Below, in pieces: positions 23,958-32,973 of a DNA stretch of 38,227 nucleotides (positions are counted from its first letter, which is position 1; every line of letters begins with the position of its first letter). The stretch is from a virus (Duplodnaviria > Caudoviricetes), in the IMG/VR virus record IMGVR_UViG_3300012665_000204, positions 1 to 38,227 of that record; one strand, 5' to 3'. The notes beneath the pieces are model-generated. The model saw only the letters and a program-made list of their open reading frames with translations, was not told the origin of the DNA and made no database searches. The translations under genes were made by a program, and so were the position numbers.

Positions 23958-25085
23958 ATGTCATATATCGGTAATCCAATAGTATCAACAGACTTTCCTA
24001 AAGATACCTTCTCAGGGAATGGAAGCACTACTGCTTTCACTATGTCTATTGCTCCTGCATCTGTCAATGCAGTTATCGTAGTAGTTTCTGGTATTACTCA
24101 AGACCCATCTACATACACTATTAGTGGCACTACTTTAACATTCTCTGGTGCTCCTCCTACAGGTACAAGTAATATCTCTGTAAGACACTTAGGTATTGCT
24201 GGTATTCCTAATGTTCCTAGTGCTGGTTCTGTTGTAACTAACTCTATTGCTGACTCTAATGTAACTGCTGCCAAGATTGCTGATGGTGTTATTACTCCTG
24301 CAAAACTAAGCACAGGCTATCCTTCTTGGGACACAAGTAATAACTTAACTATTGGCACAGGAGCTGCTTCTTCAGGAACAGTAGTACTTGGAGTTAAATG
24401 CGAATCCATTAATGGTGCTTTTGCTACTGTCAAAATAGGTCGTGGTAACTTTGCTGCTTATGGTGAATACAAATGGGATACAACTAATGATGCTGCAGTA
24501 TGGACAAATAATGGTACGCAAATTATGCGTATTACATCAAATGGTTGTTTAATGTATGGTACTGGAACAACACAAAATCAAATAGGTTCAATTTCATTTA
24601 GTAACTCTAGTGATACTTCTAGTTATGGTGCTGCATTTTACATGAATACAGGGTATAATGGCACTCGAAACGCTATTTCTTTTGGGTACAACTCAAACGG
24701 TGTTGGTGCGATTGTAACTGGTACAAGTACCACTTCATACAATACATCTTCTGACTATCGTTTAAAAGATAATATTGTACCAATGACAGGAGCTTTATCT
24801 ACTGTTGCATTGTTAAAACCAGTTACATATAAATGGAAACTTGATGGCTCTAGTGGTCAAGGATTTATTGCTCATGAATTGCAAGAAGTAGTTCCTGATG
24901 CCGTTAATGGTATAAAAGATGCAGTAGAAACTTACACAGATGAAAACGGGAATGAGCAAACTAGAATCAAGCCACAAGGTATTGACACTTCATTCTTAGT
25001 AGCTACATTAACTGCTGCAATTCAAGAACAACAAGCCATGATTGAAGAATTAAAAACTAGAGTAACAGCATTGGAGACAATATAA
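23958..25085 (+). CDS. Tail fibre/receptor-binding protein 2 with peptidase S74 intramolecular chaperone
   Basis: MSYIG N-domain; SDYRLKDNI...PVTYKWK...GFIAHELQEVVP; C-terminal coiled coil. Confidence 0.88.
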   Translation: MSYIGNPIVSTDFPKDTFSGNGSTTAFTMSIAPASVNAVIVVVSGITQDPSTYTISGTTLTFSGAPPTGTSNISVRHLGIAGIPNVPSAGSVVTNSIADSNVTAAKIADGVITPAKLSTGYPSWDTSNNLTIGTGAASSGTVVLGVKCESINGAFATVKIGRGNFAAYGEYKWDTTNDAAVWTNNGTQIMRITSNGCLMYGTGTTQNQIGSISFSNSSDTSSYGAAFYMNTGYNGTRNAISFGYNSNGVGAIVTGTSTTSYNTSSDYRLKDNIVPMTGALSTVALLKPVTYKWKLDGSSGQGFIAHELQEVVPDAVNGIKDAVETYTDENGNEQTRIKPQGIDTSFLVATLTAAIQEQQAMIEELKTRVTALETI

Positions 25086-25570
25086 TGGCTTTAACTAAAG
25101 TACAATCAGAGATGGCTGGTGCTGGTCAGGTCTTGCAAGTTGTTAGTGCTTCTTATTCAACAAGAACTTCTTATTCAAGTCCGGGTGGGTGGTCGGCAAC
25201 TGGATTAACCGCCACAATTACCCCTAAATTTGCAACAAGTAAAATTTTAATATTAGTTACCCAACAAATGTATCAAAATGTTAGCAATAGTCAAAACAAT
25301 GTGGGTATGGGTGTTCAAATTGTAAGAAATTCTACAGCTATTTGGTCAACCGCTGGAAACTATGGAGCAATTTATAACTACATTAGCGTTGATTCTGCTA
25401 GTGGCAGTAGAGAACAAGCGATTGTTCCATCTATTGTTTATTTAGATTCTCCAGCAACAACATCAGCAACTACATATTTGACAAATGGAATAATGGGTAA
25501 TAGTGGTTCTCTTGTATTTCAAGATGATAGCAAAATATCAACTATTACATTATTGGAGATTGCGGCATGA
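25085..25570 (+). CDS. Fibre tip protein B
   Basis: Paralogue of 23263-23730. Confidence 0.8.
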   Translation: MALTKVQSEMAGAGQVLQVVSASYSTRTSYSSPGGWSATGLTATITPKFATSKILILVTQQMYQNVSNSQNNVGMGVQIVRNSTAIWSTAGNYGAIYNYISVDSASGSREQAIVPSIVYLDSPATTSATTYLTNGIMGNSGSLVFQDDSKISTITLLEIAA

Positions 25571-25800
25571 TTACCACTAAACAAATGAATGTAGTTTTTC
25601 AACTGTATCCTCAAATTAAAAAAATGATTGATGATACCGCTTACGATGCATACGGCAATGAAGTAGCTTACGACCTACAAGCCGTAACTGCACAGGCTGA
25701 AGCTGATGCACAAGCAATCATTGATACAAAGGCTTCTGCACTAGCTAAACTAGCTGCATTAGGTTTAACTCAAGATGAAGTTAAGGCTTTGGTAGGCTAA
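25567..25800 (+). CDS. Small chaperone-like protein
   Basis: Paralogue of 23727-23957. Confidence 0.75.
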   Translation: MITTKQMNVVFQLYPQIKKMIDDTAYDAYGNEVAYDLQAVTAQAEADAQAIIDTKASALAKLAALGLTQDEVKALVG

Positions 25801-25801
25801 C

Positions 25802-26008
25802 ATGACAGATTCCGTAGAGCGTATAGCTGTGTTAGAAGCTGAAGTAGAAAAGCTACAGACTAGCCAGAAAGAGATACTAGAGTGCATCCATTCTGTTCGT
25901 GATGAGATGATGCGTTATAAAGGCTTTCTCGGTGGAGTAGCTTTCTTAGCTTCTGGTATCGGGATATTCTTAACAGTCTTCAAAGACTGGATTCTAAAAC
26001 ACTTTTAA
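25802..26008 (+). CDS. Coiled-coil plus single-TM protein (possible lysis accessory)
   Basis: ERIAVLEAEV...GFLGGVAFLASGIGIFL. Confidence 0.7.
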   Translation: MTDSVERIAVLEAEVEKLQTSQKEILECIHSVRDEMMRYKGFLGGVAFLASGIGIFLTVFKDWILKHF

Positions 26009-26018
26009 AGGAAATATT

Positions 26019-26189
26019 ATGCCAATGAAACCCGGAAGTTCTAAAAAAACTATTTCTTCTAATATCAAGAAAGAAATGAAAGCTGGTAAACCACAGAAGC
26101 AAGCTATTGCAATGGCTTTGAGCAGTGCAGGTAAAGCTAAGCCAATGGCTAAACCAATGAAGAAGATGGGTGCTAAGCGTGGCTACTAA
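26019..26189 (+). CDS. Small basic protein (56 aa)
   Basis: Hand translation MPMKPGSSKKTISSNIKKEMKAGKPQKQAIAMALS...; AAGGA SD. Confidence 0.8.
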   Translation: MPMKPGSSKKTISSNIKKEMKAGKPQKQAIAMALSSAGKAKPMAKPMKKMGAKRGY

Positions 26190-26334
26190 GATGGGTTTGT
26201 ATGCCAATATCGCTGCTAAGAAAAAGCGTATCGCTGCAGGATCTGGAGAGAAGATGCGTAAAGTAGGCAGCAAAGGTGCTCCTACTGCTCAGGACTTCAA
26301 AGACTCTGCTAAGACTGCAAAGAAGAAGAAATAA
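26179..26334 (+). CDS. Small basic protein (~50 aa)
   Basis: GLYANIAAKKKRIAAGSGEKMRKVGSKGAPT...KKKK; start GTG 26179 or ATG 26191. Confidence 0.75.
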   Translation: MATKMGLYANIAAKKKRIAAGSGEKMRKVGSKGAPTAQDFKDSAKTAKKKK

Positions 26335-26579
26335 TGGTTAAGAAGGCACATCAGAACCCTGAAGGTGGTCTCAATCAAAAAGGTAGAGATCATTACAACA
26401 AGACTACAGGCTCTAAGCTAAAGCCACCAGTGTCTGCTAAGGCTGCTGCTAAGTCGCCTAAAGCTGCTGGTAGACGTAAGAGCTTCTGTGCTCGTATGGG
26501 CGGTGTAGCTGGTCCAATGAAGGATGAGAAGGGTAAACCTACTCGTAAAGCATTGGCACTTAAAAAATGGGATTGTTAA
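26334..26579 (+). CDS. Small basic protein (DUF6321-like)
   Basis: GGLNQKGR...RRKSFCARM...KWDC. Confidence 0.8.
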   Translation: MVKKAHQNPEGGLNQKGRDHYNKTTGSKLKPPVSAKAAAKSPKAAGRRKSFCARMGGVAGPMKDEKGKPTRKALALKKWDC

Positions 26580-26584
26580 GTTGA

Positions 26585-27037
26585 ATGCCGGATCCATACG
26601 GAATCTCCGAAGGAGCAAAAGCCCTTAGCGGTAGTCTTGATAGCGGTCGTGAAGCTGCTAACAAACTATCTAAAAGCATTGAAGGTATACAACAAGACGC
26701 AGCCGATGTAGCACAGCGTCAAGCCACAGAAAGACGTAGAGCAGCTAGAGAAGCAGAGTTTAAGAAAGAAACTGCTTTAATCAAAGCACTAAACGACTGG
26801 AACCATAAAAAGCAGATTAGTGACCATGAAGCAAAGTTAAAAATAGACTTCATTAAGAAGCACGGTGCTAAAGAGTGGGAAGCGTTACTTAAGATTAAGT
26901 TAGATATAGAGAAAATGGAACAACAAAATAAAGAACAATATCAGCACGATATGAAAGCTGTAAAAAGAGTACAGTTGTATTGCTTTGCCTTGGCTGCGGT
27001 AATAGCTTGGTATTTAACTTGGGGTTATAAAATTTAA
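26585..27037 (+). CDS. Coiled-coil protein with C-terminal TM
   Basis: ORF track. Confidence 0.75.
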   Translation: MPDPYGISEGAKALSGSLDSGREAANKLSKSIEGIQQDAADVAQRQATERRRAAREAEFKKETALIKALNDWNHKKQISDHEAKLKIDFIKKHGAKEWEALLKIKLDIEKMEQQNKEQYQHDMKAVKRVQLYCFALAAVIAWYLTWGYKI

Positions 27038-27046
27038 AGGTAGATT

Positions 27047-27460
27047 ATGTTTCCATTAGATGCTTTACTAAACATTGGCGGTAAGATATTAGATAAGGTC
27101 TTTCCAGACCCTGCACAAGCAGAACAAGCTAAACTTAAACTATTAGAGATGCAACAGAATGGTGAGTTAGCTCAGATTAATGCTGACATGGCAGAGCAAC
27201 ACGAACTCACGGCTAGACTACAAGCTGACATGGTTAGCGATAGCTGGTTGTCTAAGAACATTCGTCCTATGACACTAATCGCTATTCTTGCTGGTTACTT
27301 TATATTTGCTGGCTTATCTGCTGCTAAGATAGATGTTACAGGCGAATATGTCCAGTTACTAGGTCAATGGGGTATGTTGATTATGTCCTTCTATTTCGGC
27401 GGACGTACTCTGGAGAAGATAATGGATATGAGAGCTAAGGACAAAGATGCAAATAAGTGA
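27047..27460 (+). CDS. Holin (GTA 3TM-like)
   Basis: ILDKVFPDP...SWLSKNIRP...FYFGGRTLEK; adjacent to the endolysin. Confidence 0.8.
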   Translation: MFPLDALLNIGGKILDKVFPDPAQAEQAKLKLLEMQQNGELAQINADMAEQHELTARLQADMVSDSWLSKNIRPMTLIAILAGYFIFAGLSAAKIDVTGEYVQLLGQWGMLIMSFYFGGRTLEKIMDMRAKDKDANK

Positions 27461-27875
27461 ACACTTTAGTTTAGAAGAGTTAACTCATACTGATCATCGT
27501 CAGTTTGACAATACTCCTAATGAACAAGAACGTGAGAATCTAGGTCGTTTAGCTACTCTGTTAGAAAGAGTCAAAGAAGTACTAGGTGGTAAACCTATTA
27601 TGATTAACTCTGCTTTCAGATCTAAAGCTGTGAATGATGCCGTAGGCTCTAAAGATACTAGTCAGCATCGTCTAGGATGTGCTGCTGACATTAGAGTCCC
27701 CGGAATGACTCCAGATGAGGTTGTACGGGCTATTATGGCTTCGGACATAGGGTACGATCAGATCATCAGAGAATTCAATGCATGGACTCATATAAGCGTT
27801 CCTAATAGCTTTACTATACCACCAAGAAATCAAGCTTTGATTATTGATAAGACAGGCACAAGAAAGTTTAGCTAA
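27447..27875 (+). CDS. Endolysin, peptidase M15A-like
   Basis: HFSLEEL, INSAFRS, SQH.LG.AAD, WTHIS. Confidence 0.9.
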   Translation: MQISEHFSLEELTHTDHRQFDNTPNEQERENLGRLATLLERVKEVLGGKPIMINSAFRSKAVNDAVGSKDTSQHRLGCAADIRVPGMTPDEVVRAIMASDIGYDQIIREFNAWTHISVPNSFTIPPRNQALIIDKTGTRKFS

Positions 27876-27878
27876 AGC

Positions 27879-27907
27879 TTGACATTTAGTATAAAATGTG
27901 TTAAAAT
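27879..27907 (+). promoter_or_regulatory. sigma70 promoter for tail/ejection genes
   Basis: TTGACA-N17-TAAAAT with extended TG. Confidence 0.85.
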
Positions 27908-27916
27908 AAGGACACC

Positions 27917-28570
27917 ATGGCAACTCCAACGTACTTACAATTAGTAAATGATGTACTGATTAGACTTCGTGAGAACGAGGTCTCTTCTGTATCAGATAAC
28001 GCTTATTCAAAGCTTATCGGTAAATTTGTAAATGATGCCAAGCGTCAGTGCGAAGATGCTTATAACTGGAATGCATTGTCAGAGACTTTATCTGCCACTA
28101 CAGGTGCAGACATATTTAACTATGTATTAGTCGGTTCAGGTCAACGCTTTCGTGTAATTGATGTGATTGACGACACCAGTAAAAATATGCTGCAGTTACA
28201 GACTACAGCTCAGATGAACAAGCTTTTCTTGTTACAGGCAGCCCAAAAGGGTGCTCCGATCTATTACAACTTCAACGGTACAAATACTAACGGAGATACC
28301 CAAGTAGACTTATATCCAGTCCCTAACGGTGTATACAATCTTCGTTTCAACGTTATTAAACCACAAGTGCCTCTATCAGCTAACTCAGATCAGCTACTGA
28401 TTCCTTCAGAGCCAGTCATCTTTAATGCTGTGGCTCGTGCCATGGGCGAGCGTGGTGAAGACGGTGGTATTGCTTCTAATGAAGCCTACGCAATGTACAA
28501 AGCTTCTCTAAGTGACGCTATCTCTCTTGAGAGTGGTCGTTATCTTGAAGAGATGGAGTGGACAGACTAA
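27917..28570 (+). CDS. Tail adaptor (tubular protein A-like)
   Basis: TYLQLVNDVL, W.ALS, LYPVP; position in the tail module. Confidence 0.75.
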   Translation: MATPTYLQLVNDVLIRLRENEVSSVSDNAYSKLIGKFVNDAKRQCEDAYNWNALSETLSATTGADIFNYVLVGSGQRFRVIDVIDDTSKNMLQLQTTAQMNKLFLLQAAQKGAPIYYNFNGTNTNGDTQVDLYPVPNGVYNLRFNVIKPQVPLSANSDQLLIPSEPVIFNAVARAMGERGEDGGIASNEAYAMYKASLSDAISLESGRYLEEMEWTD

Positions 28571-30426
28571 TGGCTGAACAGTTACTTACTGGTTCAATCC
28601 AAGCTCCGGGGTTCTCCGGACTTAATATTCAAGATGCTTCAGTGCAGCTTACAAGTGGATATGCATTAGAAGCGTTTAACTGCGTCATTGATAAATATGG
28701 TCGTATTGGTGCTCGTAAGGGTTGGGCAAAGTTAAACACCACAGAAATTACATCTACTCCAGCAGTAAGAACAGTATTTGAATTTGTGAAGTCTGATGGT
28801 AACGTAGTATTTAGTGCTGCTGGTAATAAGGTTTATACAGGTACAACTACACTGACGGCAGCTATTAACGGTACAGTTACTAATTCCTCTGGTTCAGGAA
28901 CAGTTGCTTACACTATCAGCGATGACAACTGGCAGGTTGCTAGTATGCCTTATGATAATAGTGGTAATACTTCTGCTCATGCTATATTTGTTCAAAGTGG
29001 ACATCCAACACTAGTATACCATAAATTACCTTCACCCGGATCAGGAGCTACATTAACAGTATCTTCAGTTAACGGAGCAGGACATGTTACAGGAATTGCT
29101 GTAACTAACGGAGGAACTAACTGGTATGTGGGTGAAACAGCCACAGTAACTGGCGGTTCTGGAAGTGGAGCAACTTTTACTGTATCTACTGTAAGCGGAA
29201 CAACAATAACAGGTGTAAGTATTACTACAGCAGGTTCAGGTTATACTGTTGGTAATGTATTAACTTTAGTAGACACTAGTCCAAAACACAACCACACAGG
29301 TTCTTATGGTTTTCAAAGATTAGGTGATATTGCAACACTACCGACAGGATATTCTGTAACTAGTTTTACACCTAACTGTGCTATGACAGCTTACGGTCGT
29401 TTATGGACTGCTAATATTGCAGGTGACAATCAAACTGTTTATTTTAGCGACTTACAGAATCCAGCTAACTTTACTACAGGTACGTCAGGTTCATTAGACA
29501 TCAGTACAGTTATTCCTACTGGTGACGGTATTACAGCAATTGCAGCACATAATGGTTTCTTAATTATCTTCTGTAGTCGCAGTATCTTGGTCTATGCTAA
29601 TCCTAAAGATCCAGCAACAATGACATTGCAGGATGTGATTAAAGGTGTTGGTTGTATTGCTCGTGATTCAGTAGCATCGGTGTTTGGTTCAGACATTATG
29701 TTCTTATCTGAAACTGGTGTTCAGTCTCTTGGTCGTTTGATTCAAGAAAAGTCCATGCCACTACGTGACGTATCGAAGAACGTACGTGATGATTTAATTG
29801 CTAACGTATCTACAGAGACTTTAAAGAATGTTAAAGCTGTGTATTTTGCTACTGATGCTTTCTATTTATTATCTTTACCTTCAGTAGGTTTTACTTATTG
29901 TTTTGATACTCGTGGTGTACTAGAGAATGGTGCAGCGAGAACAACAATCTGGAAGAATATTAATCCTACAGCGTTTCATGTAACAGAAGACAGAAAGCTT
30001 TATGTTGGACAGCGTGGTTACATTGGTAACTACACAGGCTATCAAGATAATGGTGCTGTGTATCGTTGGTCTTACTATACTAACTACTTTGACTTTGACC
30101 AGCCAACAGCCATTAAGATTCTTAAGAAATTAGGATTGGTAGTTATTGGTGGAGGTAGTCAGGTTGTGTCTATTAAGTGGGGCTTTGATTACACCAACAA
30201 CTATAACAGCAGCACAATTGTATTAGCACCTATTTCTGTAGCTGAATATGGTATTGCTGAGTATGGTATCGCAGAATACGCTAACGGTATTGCCTTAGAT
30301 ACATTAAAGTTTAATGCGTCAGGTTCTGGAATCGTATTACAAATTGGATTTGAGTCAGATATTAACGGATCTCCGCTGTCTGTTCAAAAAGTAGACGTAG
30401 CTATTAAAACAGGAAAGAATTTATAA
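28570..30426 (+). CDS. Tail nozzle (tubular protein B / packaged-DNA stabilisation-like)
   Basis: Beta-propeller-like; GVGCIARDSV, FLSETG; TAATG coupling. Confidence 0.75.
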   Translation: MAEQLLTGSIQAPGFSGLNIQDASVQLTSGYALEAFNCVIDKYGRIGARKGWAKLNTTEITSTPAVRTVFEFVKSDGNVVFSAAGNKVYTGTTTLTAAINGTVTNSSGSGTVAYTISDDNWQVASMPYDNSGNTSAHAIFVQSGHPTLVYHKLPSPGSGATLTVSSVNGAGHVTGIAVTNGGTNWYVGETATVTGGSGSGATFTVSTVSGTTITGVSITTAGSGYTVGNVLTLVDTSPKHNHTGSYGFQRLGDIATLPTGYSVTSFTPNCAMTAYGRLWTANIAGDNQTVYFSDLQNPANFTTGTSGSLDISTVIPTGDGITAIAAHNGFLIIFCSRSILVYANPKDPATMTLQDVIKGVGCIARDSVASVFGSDIMFLSETGVQSLGRLIQEKSMPLRDVSKNVRDDLIANVSTETLKNVKAVYFATDAFYLLSLPSVGFTYCFDTRGVLENGAARTTIWKNINPTAFHVTEDRKLYVGQRGYIGNYTGYQDNGAVYRWSYYTNYFDFDQPTAIKILKKLGLVVIGGGSQVVSIKWGFDYTNNYNSSTIVLAPISVAEYGIAEYGIAEYANGIALDTLKFNASGSGIVLQIGFESDINGSPLSVQKVDVAIKTGKNL

Positions 30427-31199
30427 TGTCTGATTATTCAAAATCAACTAATTTTACAACTAAAGATACACTCCCTACTGGCAATGCTGGTAAGATTGTT
30501 AAAGGTACTGAGTTAGATACTGAGTTTACAGCTATCTCTTCTGCTATTGCGTCTAAAGCTGACATCTCTAGTCCTGCTTTATTAGGAACACCTACTGCTC
30601 CTACAGCAACTTCAGGTGCAAATACAACTCAATTAGCTAACACAGCGTTTGTTAAAGCAGCTATCGATACACTTGGTTTAGGCAATATGTCTACACAAGC
30701 TAAGACTGCTGTAGACATTACTGGTGGAACTATTGTCGGTATCACTGACTTAGCTGTTGCTGATGGTGGCACAGGTCGTAGTACTTTAACTGATAAAGCA
30801 GTTCTTATCGGTGCTGGCACAAGTGGTATTAACTCCGTAGCTCCGGGTACTAGCGGTAATGTTTTAAAGTCTGATGGAACTAACTGGACTTCTGCAGCAC
30901 AGGCGACGGTTGCTGGTTTAGGTTTAAATGGTGAAGTTTGGAATGATGTTGCTGGTTCAAGAGGTTTTGGATCTACTTACACTAACTCTCGTAGTTATCC
31001 TATTGCGGTATCTGCTACAGCAACTTGTGCTGTAACATCAGAAATTCATGCTTATGTTGATGGTGTTTTGATTGCTTGGTATCAGTGGCAGTTTAACGGA
31101 TGTGGCTCTTACGGTGGTACATTTATTATTGTTCCTCCCGGAAAGACATATCGTTTAGATAGCGGTCAAGGTGTCTATCAATGGAAAGAATTATACTAA
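30426..31199 (+). CDS. Tail fibre/needle protein
   Basis: EFTAISSAI anchor, GTPTAPT, TQLANTAFV, VADGGTG. Confidence 0.8.
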   Translation: MSDYSKSTNFTTKDTLPTGNAGKIVKGTELDTEFTAISSAIASKADISSPALLGTPTAPTATSGANTTQLANTAFVKAAIDTLGLGNMSTQAKTAVDITGGTIVGITDLAVADGGTGRSTLTDKAVLIGAGTSGINSVAPGTSGNVLKSDGTNWTSAAQATVAGLGLNGEVWNDVAGSRGFGSTYTNSRSYPIAVSATATCAVTSEIHAYVDGVLIAWYQWQFNGCGSYGGTFIIVPPGKTYRLDSGQGVYQWKELY

Positions 31200-31208
31200 G
31201 GATAAATA

Positions 31209-31607
31209 ATGAGATATTTTAAAGACCAAACAAACGAAGTTTTTGGATATGACGAAACAGAGTCATCACAGTTACCTTATATTGCGACTGCTATTAGTAA
31301 CGGCTGGACAGAAATTACTGGTTCATTTCCTCCGGCTGAGACAAAACAACAAGCTCAGAATCGTTTAACACCTGCAGTAACTTCTGCAATTAATGACGGA
31401 GCACAGTCTTGGGGTTATGACAGCATAGAGTCTGCTGTGTCTTATGTTACTAGCTCTAACGCACAATATGTCGCAGAGGCTCAAGCAATGAGTCAATGGA
31501 GAGATGATGTTTGGGACTGGGCTATTCCTAAACTAGCTGCAGTGACTCCCAATACAACTGCTGGTGAGTTCTTAGCAACAATGCCAGAAGTACCAACTAA
31601 GCCTTAA
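31209..31607 (+). CDS. Tail fibre assembly-like protein
   Basis: MRYFKD...GYDSIESAVSY...WRDDVW. Confidence 0.7.
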   Translation: MRYFKDQTNEVFGYDETESSQLPYIATAISNGWTEITGSFPPAETKQQAQNRLTPAVTSAINDGAQSWGYDSIESAVSYVTSSNAQYVAEAQAMSQWRDDVWDWAIPKLAAVTPNTTAGEFLATMPEVPTKP

Positions 31608-31897
31608 TGATAAAAGTACCAGTAGTCATTCGTGAAGACTACACAATGTTGTTAGAGTTACACGATAACTTAATTTGGTTCCACACAGATATACGTAAGT
31701 GGACACCTAAGATAAAAATAAAGTATCTTGGAGACTTACACTTATTACAGCATTTAGTAAGTATTCCATTAGTAGCGTTGGTACATGAAGACGATACTAA
31801 GTTAGCAAAGTTTGGAAGAACAATTGGTTTTGAATTTAAACAACCTTTTTTAGGTCAGGATAATAAGATGTATCACATATATAGTAGGAGTCTATAA
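31607..31897 (+). CDS. GNAT-like virion assembly protein (T7 gp13-like position)
   Basis: KLAKFGRTIGFEF; precedes the ejection genes. Confidence 0.6.
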   Translation: MIKVPVVIREDYTMLLELHDNLIWFHTDIRKWTPKIKIKYLGDLHLLQHLVSIPLVALVHEDDTKLAKFGRTIGFEFKQPFLGQDNKMYHIYSRSL

Positions 31898-32970
31898 TGG
31901 GTCAAGTAGCTCAAATCGCTGGACCACTATTGTCAATTGGTGGTGGTTTAATTAGTGGCTCTAAGGCTGCTGACGCTGCTAAAGGCAAAGCTGAAGCACT
32001 TCGTGCTGCTGGTCAGTTATCTTACGACAGAGCGAAGTTTAATCCAATTGGAATTAAGACTAACTTAGGTCAGTCTCAGTTTACAATGGGTCCTGATGGA
32101 CAACTAACTGAAGCAGGATACTCTTTATCTCCTGAGTTACAAGCTATTCAACAACGAGTCATTGGTGGTGCTGGACAGTATGATCCGTATCAGATTACTA
32201 ACATGGCTCAGTCCTTGTTTGGTGGAGCCAATAAAGCTTTTGGAATGGCAGATCAGTATCTGTCTACATCACCTGAGCAAGCTCGTCAAGATTACATCAA
32301 TACACAAAGAGCTGCTTTAGCTCCGGGTCGTGAACAAGATTTAGCAAACATCCGTAATCAAGTATATCAAACAGGTCGTGCTGGTTTATCTACTGGTGGA
32401 ACAAACGCTGGTGGTATGATGCAGTCTAATCCTGAACTACAAGCTTACTACAATTCTCTCGCTAAACAAGATTTAGCTCTTGGTACACAAGCAGAGAATG
32501 CAGCACAACAACGTCAGACATTTGGTTTGAACTTGTTTGGTACAGGCGGTGGTTTATTGTCTCAGAATGCTGCTATTGGAGCACAAGCATACAACCCATT
32601 AACTGCTGGACTAAACCTTGCAAATACAATCGAAGGTTACGGTCAACAACCTTTTGCATTAAGTCAAGGTTTAGCTACAAACCAGTCTACTGCTAACGCT
32701 AATGCTGGTCGTCTATACATGGAGCCACAAGCTGCTGCTGCTAATGCTTATGCACAGTATCAGGGTTACAGTCCAATGGGTGCTGCTCTTAGTGGTGCTG
32801 GTTCTTCTTTAAGTGGAATGGGTGGTGGTGGCGGAAGCGGTGGCTTTGGTAGTGTTGGTAGTTGGTTTGATAACATGATGGGTAACCAATCTACAGCAGC
32901 AAGATACAACACTAACGCTGGCTCACAACAAACAAGTATGTTAGCAGAACAAGAAAAAGGATTTTGGTAA
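31897..32970 (+). CDS. Internal virion / DNA ejection protein
   Basis: G/A/Q-rich with hydrophobic Gly-rich termini. Confidence 0.7.
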   Translation: MGQVAQIAGPLLSIGGGLISGSKAADAAKGKAEALRAAGQLSYDRAKFNPIGIKTNLGQSQFTMGPDGQLTEAGYSLSPELQAIQQRVIGGAGQYDPYQITNMAQSLFGGANKAFGMADQYLSTSPEQARQDYINTQRAALAPGREQDLANIRNQVYQTGRAGLSTGGTNAGGMMQSNPELQAYYNSLAKQDLALGTQAENAAQQRQTFGLNLFGTGGGLLSQNAAIGAQAYNPLTAGLNLANTIEGYGQQPFALSQGLATNQSTANANAGRLYMEPQAAAANAYAQYQGYSPMGAALSGAGSSLSGMGGGGGSGGFGSVGSWFDNMMGNQSTAARYNTNAGSQQTSMLAEQEKGFW

Positions 32971-32973
32971 ATC

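Noticed and set aside
23823-25788. DGR template/variable repeat pair
   Set aside because: No reverse transcriptase; mismatches are not adenine-specific and are mostly synonymous
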